A stretch of DNA of 64,000 nt, taken from positions 288,001 to 352,000 of the forward strand of contig CAWFKH010000006.1 in the NCBI GenBank assembly GCA_963816355.1. Direction: 5' to 3'. Positions 19,897-29,326 of this stretch are shown here, one piece after another. This DNA comes from an uncultured Gemmatimonadales bacterium (GTDB lineage Bacteria > Gemmatimonadota > Gemmatimonadetes > Longimicrobiales > RSA9). How positions within the stretch are numbered: position 1 is the first letter of the stretch; each line of letters starts with the position of its first letter. A program made the position numbers and the translations under genes. Under the pieces are notes generated by a model that saw nothing but the letters and a program-made list of their open reading frames with translations, was not told where the DNA came from and made no database searches.

Positions 19897-20898
19897 ATGC
19901 GCTACCCTGACCGGCCCAGCTCGATCGAACTCCTGGAGCCTCGAACACCCGCGGACCGGCGCGCGCTCTACGACCTCGTGCGCGAGGCGCTTCGGCCCAG
20001 GGGCACGCCGGCGGAGACGGCTCGGTCGCTCGCCCTCGCGGCCGTCCGACACCTGTCGGGATACGGCGGCCGGGTCCTGTTGAGCGGCGAGGACAGTCAG
20101 ACAAAGATCACGGTCGTCCGCACGCTCGCCGAGGCGCTCGACCTGCCGTTCCTGGAGATCGACATCGGCTCCCTTGCCGAGACCAACTGGAGGGGAAGCG
20201 ACCTCTCATTTTTTCTGGAGCGGCTCTATGCCCAGCTCGAGCAGCGGTACGCCCGTGCTTCTGTCCCTCGGATCGTGGAGCGCGCCTGCGTTCTGCTCAC
20301 ACACCTCGAGCGGGTACGCGTGCCCGGCGCCTATACGGGGAGCTCAGCCACCCGCGATTACCGCGAGGGGAAGGCCCTCAGTCTCTGCCCCCTTGCGGGC
20401 GAGGGAGTGGTCCCGGTGTCGAAGGATGAGGGGTGGGTACCTGTGGCCGAGCAAGCGGGCGCTGGTGATCGCCACCGCGCAGCTCGACGGGCTGACCACG
20501 CCGTGCCGGACGCGGAAGCGATGGAGCTCTGGGGGATCGCCCGGCCGCTGGCGGACGCCCTCGCAGCCTTCACATGGATCGAGGTCGGTTCGCTGGATAC
20601 CTCCGCCGTCGGGGCGGCCCTACGAACAGAGCTGCAGGCGGTCGTGGACAAATTCCTTGCGTTCGGATTCCATTTGCGGGTCCACGACCAGGTGCTCCGC
20701 TATCTGGTCGAGTTGATCACCTCCGGGACGCGCGCCGGCGATGTCGCGAGCGTTGCCGCAATCGTCGCGGCCTCGGCAGACCGGGCGCTCATTCGCCTGC
20801 TGGATGAGCAGGTCGGCCCTGGAGCCGTGTATGTGATGGCGAGGGATGACCTGGATCGGTCGATCGGTGTGCCCTCAGCAGGACCCTGGCGGGAATGA
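19897..20898 (+). CDS. ClpX/HslU-like AAA+ protein with degenerate Walker motifs
   Basis: Manual alignment to ClpX: VLLSGEDSQTKI, TLAEALDLPF, LAETNWRG, VLLTHLER and TRDYREG. A short frame slip at ~20430-20500 restores LVIATAQLDGL. Confidence 0.7.
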   Translation: MRYPDRPSSIELLEPRTPADRRALYDLVREALRPRGTPAETARSLALAAVRHLSGYGGRVLLSGEDSQTKITVVRTLAEALDLPFLEIDIGSLAETNWRGSDLSFFLERLYAQLEQRYARASVPRIVERACVLLTHLERVRVPGAYTGSSATRDYREGKALSLCPLAGEGVVPVSKDEGWVPVAEQAGAGDRHRAARRADHAVPDAEAMELWGIARPLADALAAFTWIEVGSLDTSAVGAALRTELQAVVDKFLAFGFHLRVHDQVLRYLVELITSGTRAGDVASVAAIVAASADRALIRLLDEQVGPGAVYVMARDDLDRSIGVPSAGPWRE

Positions 20899-21152
20899 CG
20901 CATTATCTTCCCGCCCGAGCACTACTGCGTGCCGTAGAACCTCGTCTCCCGGTACGATACGCGACGAGGGAAGCGGACGGCACCACGGTAACGGGTTGGC
21001 CGCCGGCTAGCGATGCGTTATCGTTCCTGACACCTCTCCCCGGATCCGATCAAGGATCCTGTCGAATGCTCAAAGTCGCAGTGGTAATTACGGTAGCCTA
21101 CCCATTTCTTCGTGCCTGCCGCACGACGCTCGCCGGTGAGGAGACGCTGTGA
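20895..21152 (+). CDS. Hypothetical protein (85 aa)
   Basis: ATGA and GTGA overlaps with both neighbours. Confidence 0.45.
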   Translation: MTHYLPARALLRAVEPRLPVRYATREADGTTVTGWPPASDALSFLTPLPGSDQGSCRMLKVAVVITVAYPFLRACRTTLAGEETL

Positions 21153-21832
21153 GCGCCGGCCGCCGCACACGCGAAACTCGGGCAGTCCCGATTCTGTGCC
21201 TCTCGTTCGGATGGACCAGACACCGGCCCTACAGCGTGAAGGGCTCTCGCCTCGTTGGCGGACCGGACACACGCAAATACTCGCTATTCGTGCCCATCGA
21301 CAGACGCACGCTGCACGAATGGACCGGGGCGCACGCTGCCGGGGCGGCTGGAGCCCGTTTGTATGGCGCTCCGTCTGGAACTCTGGTCACGCACGTCGCC
21401 ACCGATCTTTCGGGCTCTTTCGTGGCGGCATCGCTGCCGCTCCAGGAGGAGGAGCGATCGTGGAGCGTCAACGTGGAGGTTCTCGATCCGGAGCATGTGC
21501 GGCTCGCGATCTTCTCGAAGAATCGCGATAACGTCGACAGCCCTATTCTGGGGCCGTGCCAGCTCCGCTGGCTCAAGCTGTACTGGGCTGCACCCGAGGG
21601 TGAGGCCGCAGCGTTCGAGGCTTTGGCCGAGATCGCACCGGCAGCCGCTGTCGAGATATACCTGAACGGGTTTGAGCTCAAAGGCCAGGCTGACAGCGAG
21701 CGGCATCGAATGAAGGCGCCACAACCCTCTTGGCTCGCTCCGATTCTGGAGCATGGAGACAAGCCGACGAGGGAACGAGCGATCGCGGCTGTCGGGTCGC
21801 GTTCTGGTTCGATCGCACGACAAGGTTCGTAG
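21149..21832 (+). CDS. Hypothetical protein (227 aa)
   Basis: RBS GAGGAG; coupled to the upstream ORF. Confidence 0.6.
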   Translation: MSAGRRTRETRAVPILCLSFGWTRHRPYSVKGSRLVGGPDTRKYSLFVPIDRRTLHEWTGAHAAGAAGARLYGAPSGTLVTHVATDLSGSFVAASLPLQEEERSWSVNVEVLDPEHVRLAIFSKNRDNVDSPILGPCQLRWLKLYWAAPEGEAAAFEALAEIAPAAAVEIYLNGFELKGQADSERHRMKAPQPSWLAPILEHGDKPTRERAIAAVGSRSGSIARQGS

Positions 21833-21885
21833 CGGAGCGGCACCGCCGGGAAGAAGGATTCGCTAGAGTTCTGGGCAGTAGCGGT

Positions 21886-23619
21886 CTACGGGGCGACGTT
21901 ACCAGCTAGCCTCCTGCGCGCATTCGCGAACATCTCGGCGATCTCGCGCTCGGCCGATTGATCCTCGATGAGCCGCGTCGCCAGGGAGATGGTCTTCTCT
22001 TCAACGTGGCCTCCCGAATACACGACTCGCATGCGTGCGCGGCGCCGCAGGAAGGTCTCGATTCGCTCCACCGCGGCTGCACGTTCGGAAGCGGAGACGT
22101 TCTCCTGATCGAGCACGCGTCGGAGCGCCTTCTCGACCGGGATCCGAATCGCTGAGATCGGGAACTGCTCGTTGGGCGCGAGCACAGCCGGGCGAGTCTC
22201 GAGGTCGATCATAAGCATACCGAGCACGAACCCTCCGTACTCGACACGCCGTACGCGCCGGCCACCACGTCCGAACGCCTTCGAGAACTTGATCAGGTCT
22301 GCCAGCCTTTCCTCGTCAATGGTGTTGCCGGCCTCCCTTTCAGCGGCGATACGCAGAAGCTCGATCGCCCAGGCTCTGTCCTCCGCTGATCGGTCCATCC
22401 GTGCCGTTTCATTGGCTGCCTTGGCCACCGCGAGACGAAGCGGCATTTCCACCCATTCCTGTTCCGCGCGACGACGGAGCTGCCGGACCTCGGCCGGGCA
22501 GCGGCCCGCACGAATCTCCTCCAGAATGTGGGGTGACAGCCTGGACAGCTCGTCGGCGGCCTCGAACAGCATTTTGGAGTAGAGGGCCTGTCTGACCATG
22601 TGGGGTCGGGCGCCGTCATAGTCGCCGCGCAGGCGCGCGGCGACGGCCTCATGGCTGCGAACCCAGAGATCCCGTGCGAACGGACCGAAGGCTGGCCGGT
22701 ACCGCCGCTGAAACCTGCGGTAAAGCCGCAGTTCTTCTTCCACCCATGGACCGTATCCACAGTCCGGTACTGGGTACATGGCCTTGATGCGGCGTGGTGT
22801 GATCCCCCTGACCCGCAGTTCTGACTGCACGCACAACCCGCGGCGCAGGAGGTACGCCTCCAATCGAAGGCGCCACTCCTTCCAGAGGATTTTTCCGCGA
22901 GCGCCCTCCGCCCAGAGGGCGGATAGAATCTGCCACCAGTGCGCCAGAACGTCCTCGCGCGACGACAGCACCCGGTAGAGCTTCAGGATCTGCTTCTCGC
23001 GAACGTGCTGCACTTCGGCGCTCATGCCCACGGCCAGAAGCTGGAGCGTCTGCTCGATAAGGTCTTCGGGGGCACTCGGAGGCCTGCCCGGGCCGGCCAT
23101 ACGGGCCGCATAGTCTCGCGGCAGCCGGCGCTCGACGAACGCGAGGATGGGGAGGCGGTGCCGACTCCTCACCTGCTGGTCCCACTTCGTGGCATTATCC
23201 ACCCTTCTCAGCAGCGCGTCCAAGGCGGCACTAAGTGTCTGGCCGAGCATGGTCCCGAGATGGCCGAGGCCACGCGCGCGGAGCGCTTCCGCGGGGTCCG
23301 CGAGGAGATTCAGCGCCATGCGGACCTTCTTTGACCGTTTCAGGCACTTTTCCACCTCGGCCTGCGTTGCGAACGGCCCCGGCACGGCCTCCCACCCCCT
23401 GCGCCGGCGTGGCCGGATTCGGCCAGCAGCCTCCAGTTCGCGAAGCGCGCCCTTCGTGCGACCGGGATGGGCAAGGCCGGGCAGGGCGTGGAACTGCTTC
23501 GGACTGAAGCCCGCCGCCACCGCCAGAAGGGCCATTCTCTGCGTGTCCGGCAGATCCGGGTCCAAGTACCGCAGAAGGGGTCTGATACGGTCGTCTTTAA
23601 GGTATGCCTGCACATTCAT
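21886..23619 (-). CDS. Large basic hypothetical protein (577 aa) with an N-terminal HTH/wHTH-like segment
   Basis: Long ORF; QRMALLAVAAGFSPKQF...KGALRELEAAGRI. Confidence 0.65.
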   Translation of the reverse strand: MNVQAYLKDDRIRPLLRYLDPDLPDTQRMALLAVAAGFSPKQFHALPGLAHPGRTKGALRELEAAGRIRPRRRRGWEAVPGPFATQAEVEKCLKRSKKVRMALNLLADPAEALRARGLGHLGTMLGQTLSAALDALLRRVDNATKWDQQVRSRHRLPILAFVERRLPRDYAARMAGPGRPPSAPEDLIEQTLQLLAVGMSAEVQHVREKQILKLYRVLSSREDVLAHWWQILSALWAEGARGKILWKEWRLRLEAYLLRRGLCVQSELRVRGITPRRIKAMYPVPDCGYGPWVEEELRLYRRFQRRYRPAFGPFARDLWVRSHEAVAARLRGDYDGARPHMVRQALYSKMLFEAADELSRLSPHILEEIRAGRCPAEVRQLRRRAEQEWVEMPLRLAVAKAANETARMDRSAEDRAWAIELLRIAAEREAGNTIDEERLADLIKFSKAFGRGGRRVRRVEYGGFVLGMLMIDLETRPAVLAPNEQFPISAIRIPVEKALRRVLDQENVSASERAAAVERIETFLRRRARMRVVYSGGHVEEKTISLATRLIEDQSAEREIAEMFANARRRLAGNVAP

Positions 23620-23643
23620 GTCGCTGCTCTGGGCTCAGGGTGC

Positions 23644-23780
23644 GTATTCCGGGCGAATCCGTCCACTGATTCCGGAGCAAGCCGTCCACTGATTCCGGAC
23701 GATTCCGTCCACCCGTTCCGGAGCAATCCGTCCACCGATTCCGGGGATTCCGTCCTGTCATTCCGGCGGAATCCGTCCAC
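23644..23780 (+). repeat. Six ~23-bp tandem IS21 subterminal repeats (left end)
   Basis: Units TTCCGG-N-CCGTCCAC with 22-23 bp period. Confidence 0.85.
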
Positions 23781-23860
23781 CCTGGGGGAGCGAAACCGAC
23801 GCTGGATGACCTGAACCGAAACAGCCGCCACCTTGTGCGGGTCCTGAACCCGGAGGAGAG

Positions 23861-25432
23861 ATGGCGGCAGAGAGGTTGTCCATGCGGAAGATTAAGGAGG
23901 TGCTGCGGCTGAAGGCCGCAGGCCATGGGAACCGGGCGATCGCCCGGAGCCTGCGGATCGCGCACAGCACGGTCCGCGAGTACCTGAGCCGGGCCGAGGC
24001 GGCGGAGCTGGGCTGGCCGCTGCCGGAGGGTCTGACGGAGGCGGAGCTCGAGGCCCGGCTCTTTCCCCCGCCGCGGCCGTCGAACGTGGCGCGTCCGCTG
24101 CCGGACTGGGCGGAGGTACACCGGGAGCTCAAGGCGAAGAAGCGGACCGGCATCACGCTCCAGCTACTCTGGCTCGAGTACAAGGAGGAGCACCCGTACG
24201 GGCTGCAGTACAGCCAGTTCTGCGAGCGGTACCGCCGGTGGCGGGGCGGGCTGGACCTGGTGCTCCGGCAGGAGCATCGGGCCGGGGAGAAGGCCTTCGT
24301 GGACTTCGCCGGCCAGACGGTGCCGGTGGTGGACCGGGGCACGGGGGAGATCCGCGAGGCCGAGATCTTCGTCGGTGTGCTGGGCGCCAGCAACTACACC
24401 TACGCCGAGGCGTGCTGGAGCCAGGAGCTGCCCGAGTGGATCGGGGCGCACGTGCGCATGTACGAGTACTTCGGCGGCGTCCCGCAGCTCACGGTCCCCG
24501 ACAACCTGAAGGCGGGGGTCCGCCACGCCTGCTACTACGAGCCGGACCTGAACCCCACGTATCACGAGCTGGCGGTGCACTACGGCACGGCCGTGCTGCC
24601 GGCCCGGGTCCGAAAGCCGAGGGACAAGGCGAAGGCGGAAGCGGGCGTGCTCCTGGTGGAGCGGTGGATCCTGGCCCGGCTCCGCAAGCTCACCTTTTTC
24701 AGCCTGGCCGAGCTGAACCGGGAGATCCGTCGCCTGCTGGACCTCCTGAACGACCGGCCCTTCCAGAAGCTGGAAGGAAGCCGCCGCTCGCTCTTCGAGA
24801 CGCTGGACCGGCCGGCGCTTCTCCCGCTCCCCGAGCAGCGCTACGAGTTTGCCCGCTGGAAAAAAGCCCGGGTCAACATCGACTACCACATCGATGTCCT
24901 CGGCCACTACTACAGCGTGCCCCACACCCTCGTCCGCCAGCAGGTGGACGTGCGCATCACCCGCACGAGCGTCGAGGTCCTGCACTCCGGCCGCCGGGTG
25001 GCGGCGCATCTGCGGAGCCACCGAAAGGGCGGCTTCACCACCGAGCCCGGACACCGGCCCAAGGCGCACCAGAAACACCTCGAGTGGACGCCCTCGCGGA
25101 TCGTCGCCTGGGCCGAGAAGACGGGGCCCGCCACGGGCGAGCTGGCCCGGCAGATCCTCGAGAGCAAGCCGCACCCGGAGCAGGGCTACCGTGCCTGCCT
25201 CGGCCTCCTGAGGCTCGGCGATCGCCACTCTCCCGAACGGCTCGAGGCTGCCTGCGCCCGCGCGCTCCGGATCGGCGGCGTCTCCTATCGCTCGGTCAAG
25301 TCCATCCTCCAGAGTGGACTCGACCGCCTCCCCCTGGAAGAGCAGGCGAGCCTCGCGCTGCCCCAGAACCATGAACATCTGCGCGGCGGAACCTACTACG
25401 CCGCCGCCGCCAACGGAGCCCTCTCATGCTGA
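23861..25432 (+). CDS. istA: IS21 DDE transposase
   Basis: AFVDFAG, VPDNLK and PRDKAKAE. Confidence 0.97.
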   Translation: MAAERLSMRKIKEVLRLKAAGHGNRAIARSLRIAHSTVREYLSRAEAAELGWPLPEGLTEAELEARLFPPPRPSNVARPLPDWAEVHRELKAKKRTGITLQLLWLEYKEEHPYGLQYSQFCERYRRWRGGLDLVLRQEHRAGEKAFVDFAGQTVPVVDRGTGEIREAEIFVGVLGASNYTYAEACWSQELPEWIGAHVRMYEYFGGVPQLTVPDNLKAGVRHACYYEPDLNPTYHELAVHYGTAVLPARVRKPRDKAKAEAGVLLVERWILARLRKLTFFSLAELNREIRRLLDLLNDRPFQKLEGSRRSLFETLDRPALLPLPEQRYEFARWKKARVNIDYHIDVLGHYYSVPHTLVRQQVDVRITRTSVEVLHSGRRVAAHLRSHRKGGFTTEPGHRPKAHQKHLEWTPSRIVAWAEKTGPATGELARQILESKPHPEQGYRACLGLLRLGDRHSPERLEAACARALRIGGVSYRSVKSILQSGLDRLPLEEQASLALPQNHEHLRGGTYYAAAANGALSC

Positions 25433-26178
25433 CGCACCAGACCCTCGACCAACTCCACGAACTCCGCCTCACCGGGATGGCCCAGGCCCTGGAAGAACAG
25501 ATGCGCATGCCCGACGTGGAGAGCCTCGCCTTCGACGACCGGCTGGCCCTCCTCCTGGAACGGGAGATCACCTTTCGCGACGACCGGCGGCTCACCCGTC
25601 TCCTCCAAGTGGCCAGGCTCCATCTTCAAGCCGCCGTCGAGGACCTGGACTTCCGAAGCCCCCGAGGACTGGATCGATCCCTCATCCTGCGGCTCTCCAG
25701 CGGCCAGTGGATCCGCGACCACCAGAGCGTCCTGATCTCCGGCGCCACGGGCACCGGCAAGAGCTTCCTGGCCTGCGCCCTCGGTCACAGCGCCTGCCGC
25801 CAGGGCCTGTCCACCCGCTACTACCGCTTCTCCCGGCTCCTCGGAGAGCTGGCTCTGGCCCGGGCCGACGGCTCCTACGCCAAGCTCCTCGACCGCCTGG
25901 CGAAGACCCAGCTCCTCATCCTCGATGACTTCGGCCTCGCTCCACTCACCGACTCCGAGCGCCGCGATCTCCTCGAGGTCCTCGAAGACCGCTACGGCCG
26001 ACGCGCCACCCTCGTCACCAGCCAGCTGCCCGTCGAGCACTGGCACGCGGTCATGGGAGACGCCACATTCGCCGACGCCATCCTGGATCGGCTCGTCCAC
26101 AACGCCCACACCATCACTCTGAAAGGAGCTTCCATGCGGCGGAAGAAGAGTCAGACCGCCGCCGTCGCCGAGTCCTGA
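25426..26178 (+). CDS. istB: IS21 helper ATPase
   Basis: GATGTGKS, LLILDDFG and AILDRLVH. Confidence 0.97.
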   Translation: MLTHQTLDQLHELRLTGMAQALEEQMRMPDVESLAFDDRLALLLEREITFRDDRRLTRLLQVARLHLQAAVEDLDFRSPRGLDRSLILRLSSGQWIRDHQSVLISGATGTGKSFLACALGHSACRQGLSTRYYRFSRLLGELALARADGSYAKLLDRLAKTQLLILDDFGLAPLTDSERRDLLEVLEDRYGRRATLVTSQLPVEHWHAVMGDATFADAILDRLVHNAHTITLKGASMRRKKSQTAAVAES

Positions 26179-26206
26179 ACACGCCAGCGTCGATTCGCTC
26201 CGACGG

Positions 26207-26296
26207 GTGGACGGAATGGACCGGAACAGGTGGACGGCTTGCGCCGGAACCGCCGGACGGCTTCCTCCGGAACTCGTGGACGGATTCACCGGAATA
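26207..26296 (-). repeat. Four IS21 subterminal repeats (right end)
   Basis: Inverted copies of the left-end unit: (GT)GGACGG-N-CCGGAA. Confidence 0.8.
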
Positions 26297-26816
26297 GGCA
26301 CTCAGGGTGCTCCGGCACGGTAGGCCAGTTGCTCCTGCTGCCGGTAGCCCCCCTTGTATCCGTTGTAAGTCTGCGTCCTGCGACCTCCGCCAGGAGCCCT
26401 CCGGAGACGTTGAGTAGCCCGACAGAACATGCGGGGCCGTGCAGGGTGGGGGGGTGCCGCAGGTCAGGAGTGCCTGTCGGCCGGCGAGTTGCCGCACGTT
26501 CGTGTGGAAGCACTCGGTACGGGGTCGAGAGTTTGACCTTCCGTTGAGGGATTCTCGGCGGGCGGCGCATGAGCATGAAGGGCTGAGGGGGTTTTGTCCT
26601 GCTAGTACTTCCCCCATCCCTAACTCGTATCAGAGGCCGCTAGATGATAGAGATGAACAACAGGCAGAAGTCGGACAAATGATGACTCTCTCGGGGATCG
26701 GCAGAGAATCGGGCGGCACATCGGCCTGTCGCCCGCACCCCTGAGCTTGGCTTGGGTCCGGATGGCCTCGCAGTGTGTGGAAGTCGACACAACAGAAACC
26801 CAGCACTATCCTGCTC

Positions 26817-27251
26817 ATGACTCCAGCACAGCTCGACGATCTCGCGCATTCCATCGCCTCGGAGGCGGCAGTAGCTCCCGTGAGCCCAGGGCGATCGGCA
26901 GCCGCAATCGTTCGGCACCGCTTGGTCGCGATGACGGACGCAGATCAACAGGCCGTACTCCGGCGCGCATTGGAATATCTGCGTCCGTCGATACCAGACA
27001 GAGATCCGGACTGGCTGACGCTGCATGAGGCCGCGGTTAGGCTGAGGACGACAGAGCGAGCGCTGAAGCGCGCGTTCCGTACCATTGCCGGGCGCCGTGC
27101 GTATGGGTGGCCGAGGTGGCGTGCGAACCGATGGTGGGTTGCTCGCCAAGCGGTCGATCCTGCGCTGGCGCCGGCCTATTTCGCCGCGCTTCCAAACGCG
27201 GAGCCGTGGCCGCCCGACGCACTACCGGACTGGGTGGAGGATGGGCGATGA
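26817..27251 (+). CDS. HTH (Xis-like) domain protein
   Basis: DWLTLHEAAVRLRTTERALKR...RWWV. Confidence 0.55.
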   Translation: MTPAQLDDLAHSIASEAAVAPVSPGRSAAAIVRHRLVAMTDADQQAVLRRALEYLRPSIPDRDPDWLTLHEAAVRLRTTERALKRAFRTIAGRRAYGWPRWRANRWWVARQAVDPALAPAYFAALPNAEPWPPDALPDWVEDGR

Positions 27252-27479
27252 GTCGCCCGACCCATTTGAGCGCGTCTGCCTGGATCTCCAGGCCAGCTGC
27301 AGTCGGCTGCGCCGATCGTGGCCAAGGGACCGAGGCGTATCCAGCGCGGAAGGCGTTTCGCCGCCGAGATCGGCCACGCCGGTATGCAACAAGCGCCTGC
27401 CGCTTTCCGGGTCTTCGAACGTAGCAGCCATTTCGGCCACTAGCTCGGCCGGGAGTTCTAGTTCGTCTCCCAAGTTCAC
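27222..27479 (-). CDS. Hypothetical protein (85 aa)
   Basis: GTGA overlap with the upstream ORF. Confidence 0.35.
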   Translation of the reverse strand: MNLGDELELPAELVAEMAATFEDPESGRRLLHTGVADLGGETPSALDTPRSLGHDRRSRLQLAWRSRQTRSNGSGDSSPILHPVR

Positions 27480-28712
27480 CGGTCCGACTGTAGATCGGCA
27501 GGAGCGGGCAGCGACGCGAGCTGCTCCATGAGTTCGGAGTCGGCCCCAGCCGGCGAACGCCAGGGAAGATTCACCCTCTCCCTTCCAACGAGCAGCTTCA
27601 CCATACTTCCCTTGCGGTCTTCCGTAAGGAGCCGCAACCGTGCGGCGTTATCGGCCTTACGAAACGGCCTTGTTACCTGCGCCTCAGCTCGTCCCACTGT
27701 GCGTCGGCCAAGAGTCACCCTGACGCGAAGAACGGTCCCGGTTCCGGTCGTCTCGACCCAATATCGCAGGCCATCATCGACAGATTCGACAAGCGCGTCG
27801 GCGGAAAGACGCCTCGCTTCCCGCACTTCCCTGTCGAGGAGCCGGAGCACCAAGCTCGGATCCGGGACAGGAGGCGGGTCCTGGTTCAGCCCCTCTACAT
27901 AGGGCTCCCACTGATCCGCGTGTTGGGGCTCAGCGCCTCTTCCCCAGAGTCTTTGTTCTCCACGGGACACCAGGGACATTGCTGGAACGACCTTCGTTCG
28001 TAGCCAATCCCTGGCGGCCGGAGAATTCCAGTACCCATCGGGCGTTTCAGCCACCACGGTTCGGTGCAGATACTCCAGTATTTCAGTAGCACACGAGTGC
28101 CGGCTTGGCGGGAAGTGCCTTCGTAACGGGTCGATGCCACGCGCGCCTCGGTCGATCCAGGAAGGGAAAGCGGCCGGCGCCGGTTCGCCAAATGCTGGTT
28201 GAGGAAGGCCCAGCACCAGAGCCGCAATCCCGCGTGCCCGCGACAGGAGCAGCCACAATCAGATGGTGGTGAACCTTCTTCAAGGCCGGATCCGGGCGCT
28301 TCGGGTCGCGCGCCGGAAAATCACTCTGCCTCCGATGGGCGAGGCCGTATACCCGCACGACCTGCTCCAACACTGAGTAGTAGCCGACTTCCCCCCGGTA
28401 TTGGCGAAACTCGGATCCGATCACACCTCTCGCCAAATGACGGCTTGCTGTTGTGAAATGAATCCCGCTGGCCTCGATCGCCCGATCCCGCGCGCGCGCG
28501 ATCCCGACGAGCGGTGTCAACGCAATCAAGGTCTCGAAAAACGCGCGCCGCCTCTCGGCCTCCGCCTTCGCATTCCGAACGCCGCCGCTAACCGTGAACC
28601 GGTGACCGCAGGCTGGGCCGGCGCACCGCACGCGGACGCGCACGATCCCTTCCGACGACCGTCGCTGATCGTGCCTCCAGATCCGCGTCCCCCCGCATTT
28701 TGGACAGATCAT
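27476..28712 (-). CDS. Zn-ribbon/HTH hypothetical protein (probably one gene with a frameshift near 28260)
   Basis: MICPKCGG...RCAGPACGHRF followed by HTH-like SGIHFTTASRHL; continues in ORF 27476..28258. Confidence 0.5.
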
Positions 28713-28966
28713 ACCCATCAATTTGCGATGTGGGGAGTGGGCTTGGCAAGAGAGGCCGAATGCCATGCTGACCGCATAACTCTATATGCGGCAGTGCATT
28801 GACAACTATCAACGAGTCCCAACCTGGGCTCGAGGTTTCAAGATCTGGAGGGAGATCCGTGTCGGGTATGGTGTGCCACCTGGGCCGGACCCACCGGCCC
28901 TGGCAGTCGCGAACGCAAGTCCCTCACGGTGTGACGAGGGCAGCACCAGAACCGACGGAGCTTTGA

Positions 28967-29326
28967 GTGAACGAATCCACGATCGACGGACTGGCCAAAC
29001 GCGTCGAGAAGCTGGCCGAGAGCGAGATCGCCGCTACGGGCCCCTTGCTGGCACTGTTGGCGGAGCTTCTCGACGACGCGCGCCGGCAGTATGACCGGAA
29101 CTCCGCGGCCGTGCTTGTGGCCGTTCGCGCCCGGCTGGTTGAGGCACTGGAGAACGCGGTCGAGCTGGACCGCTGGATCAGCGTGCGAGAGGCGGCCGTC
29201 ATCGCGCGTCGCCCGCAAGGCACGGTCCGCTATTGGTGCCGCGAGCGACTGGTCGTCGCCCGGAAGGTAGGCGCGCGTGACTGGGAGATCGACCGCGACA
29301 GCCTCCTGAAGCGGGCGGCCGCATGA
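28967..29326 (+). CDS. Excisionase-like HTH_17 protein
   Basis: WISVREAAVIARRPQGTVRYWCRERLVVARKVGARDWEIDRDSL; ATGA overlap with the integrase. Confidence 0.8.
   Translation: MNESTIDGLAKRVEKLAESEIAATGPLLALLAELLDDARRQYDRNSAAVLVAVRARLVEALENAVELDRWISVREAAVIARRPQGTVRYWCRERLVVARKVGARDWEIDRDSLLKRAAA

Larger units (their letters stand above)
23641..26300 (+). mobile_element. IS21-family insertion sequence, intact
   Basis: TG...CA termini; IRL TGCGTATTCCGGGCGAATCCGTCCAC versus IRR (reverse complement) TGCCTATTCCGGTGAATCCGTCCAC; 7-bp flanking duplication CTCAGGG (23634-23640 and 26301-26307). Confidence 0.95.

Noticed and set aside
17000..19900. Canonical parS site near parAB
   Set aside because: No TGTTTCACGTGAAACA-like palindrome seen by eye.
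23644..23780. 23-bp periodic repeats as a CRISPR array
   Set aside because: No unique spacers, and mirrored at the other IS end; these are IS21 transposase binding repeats.
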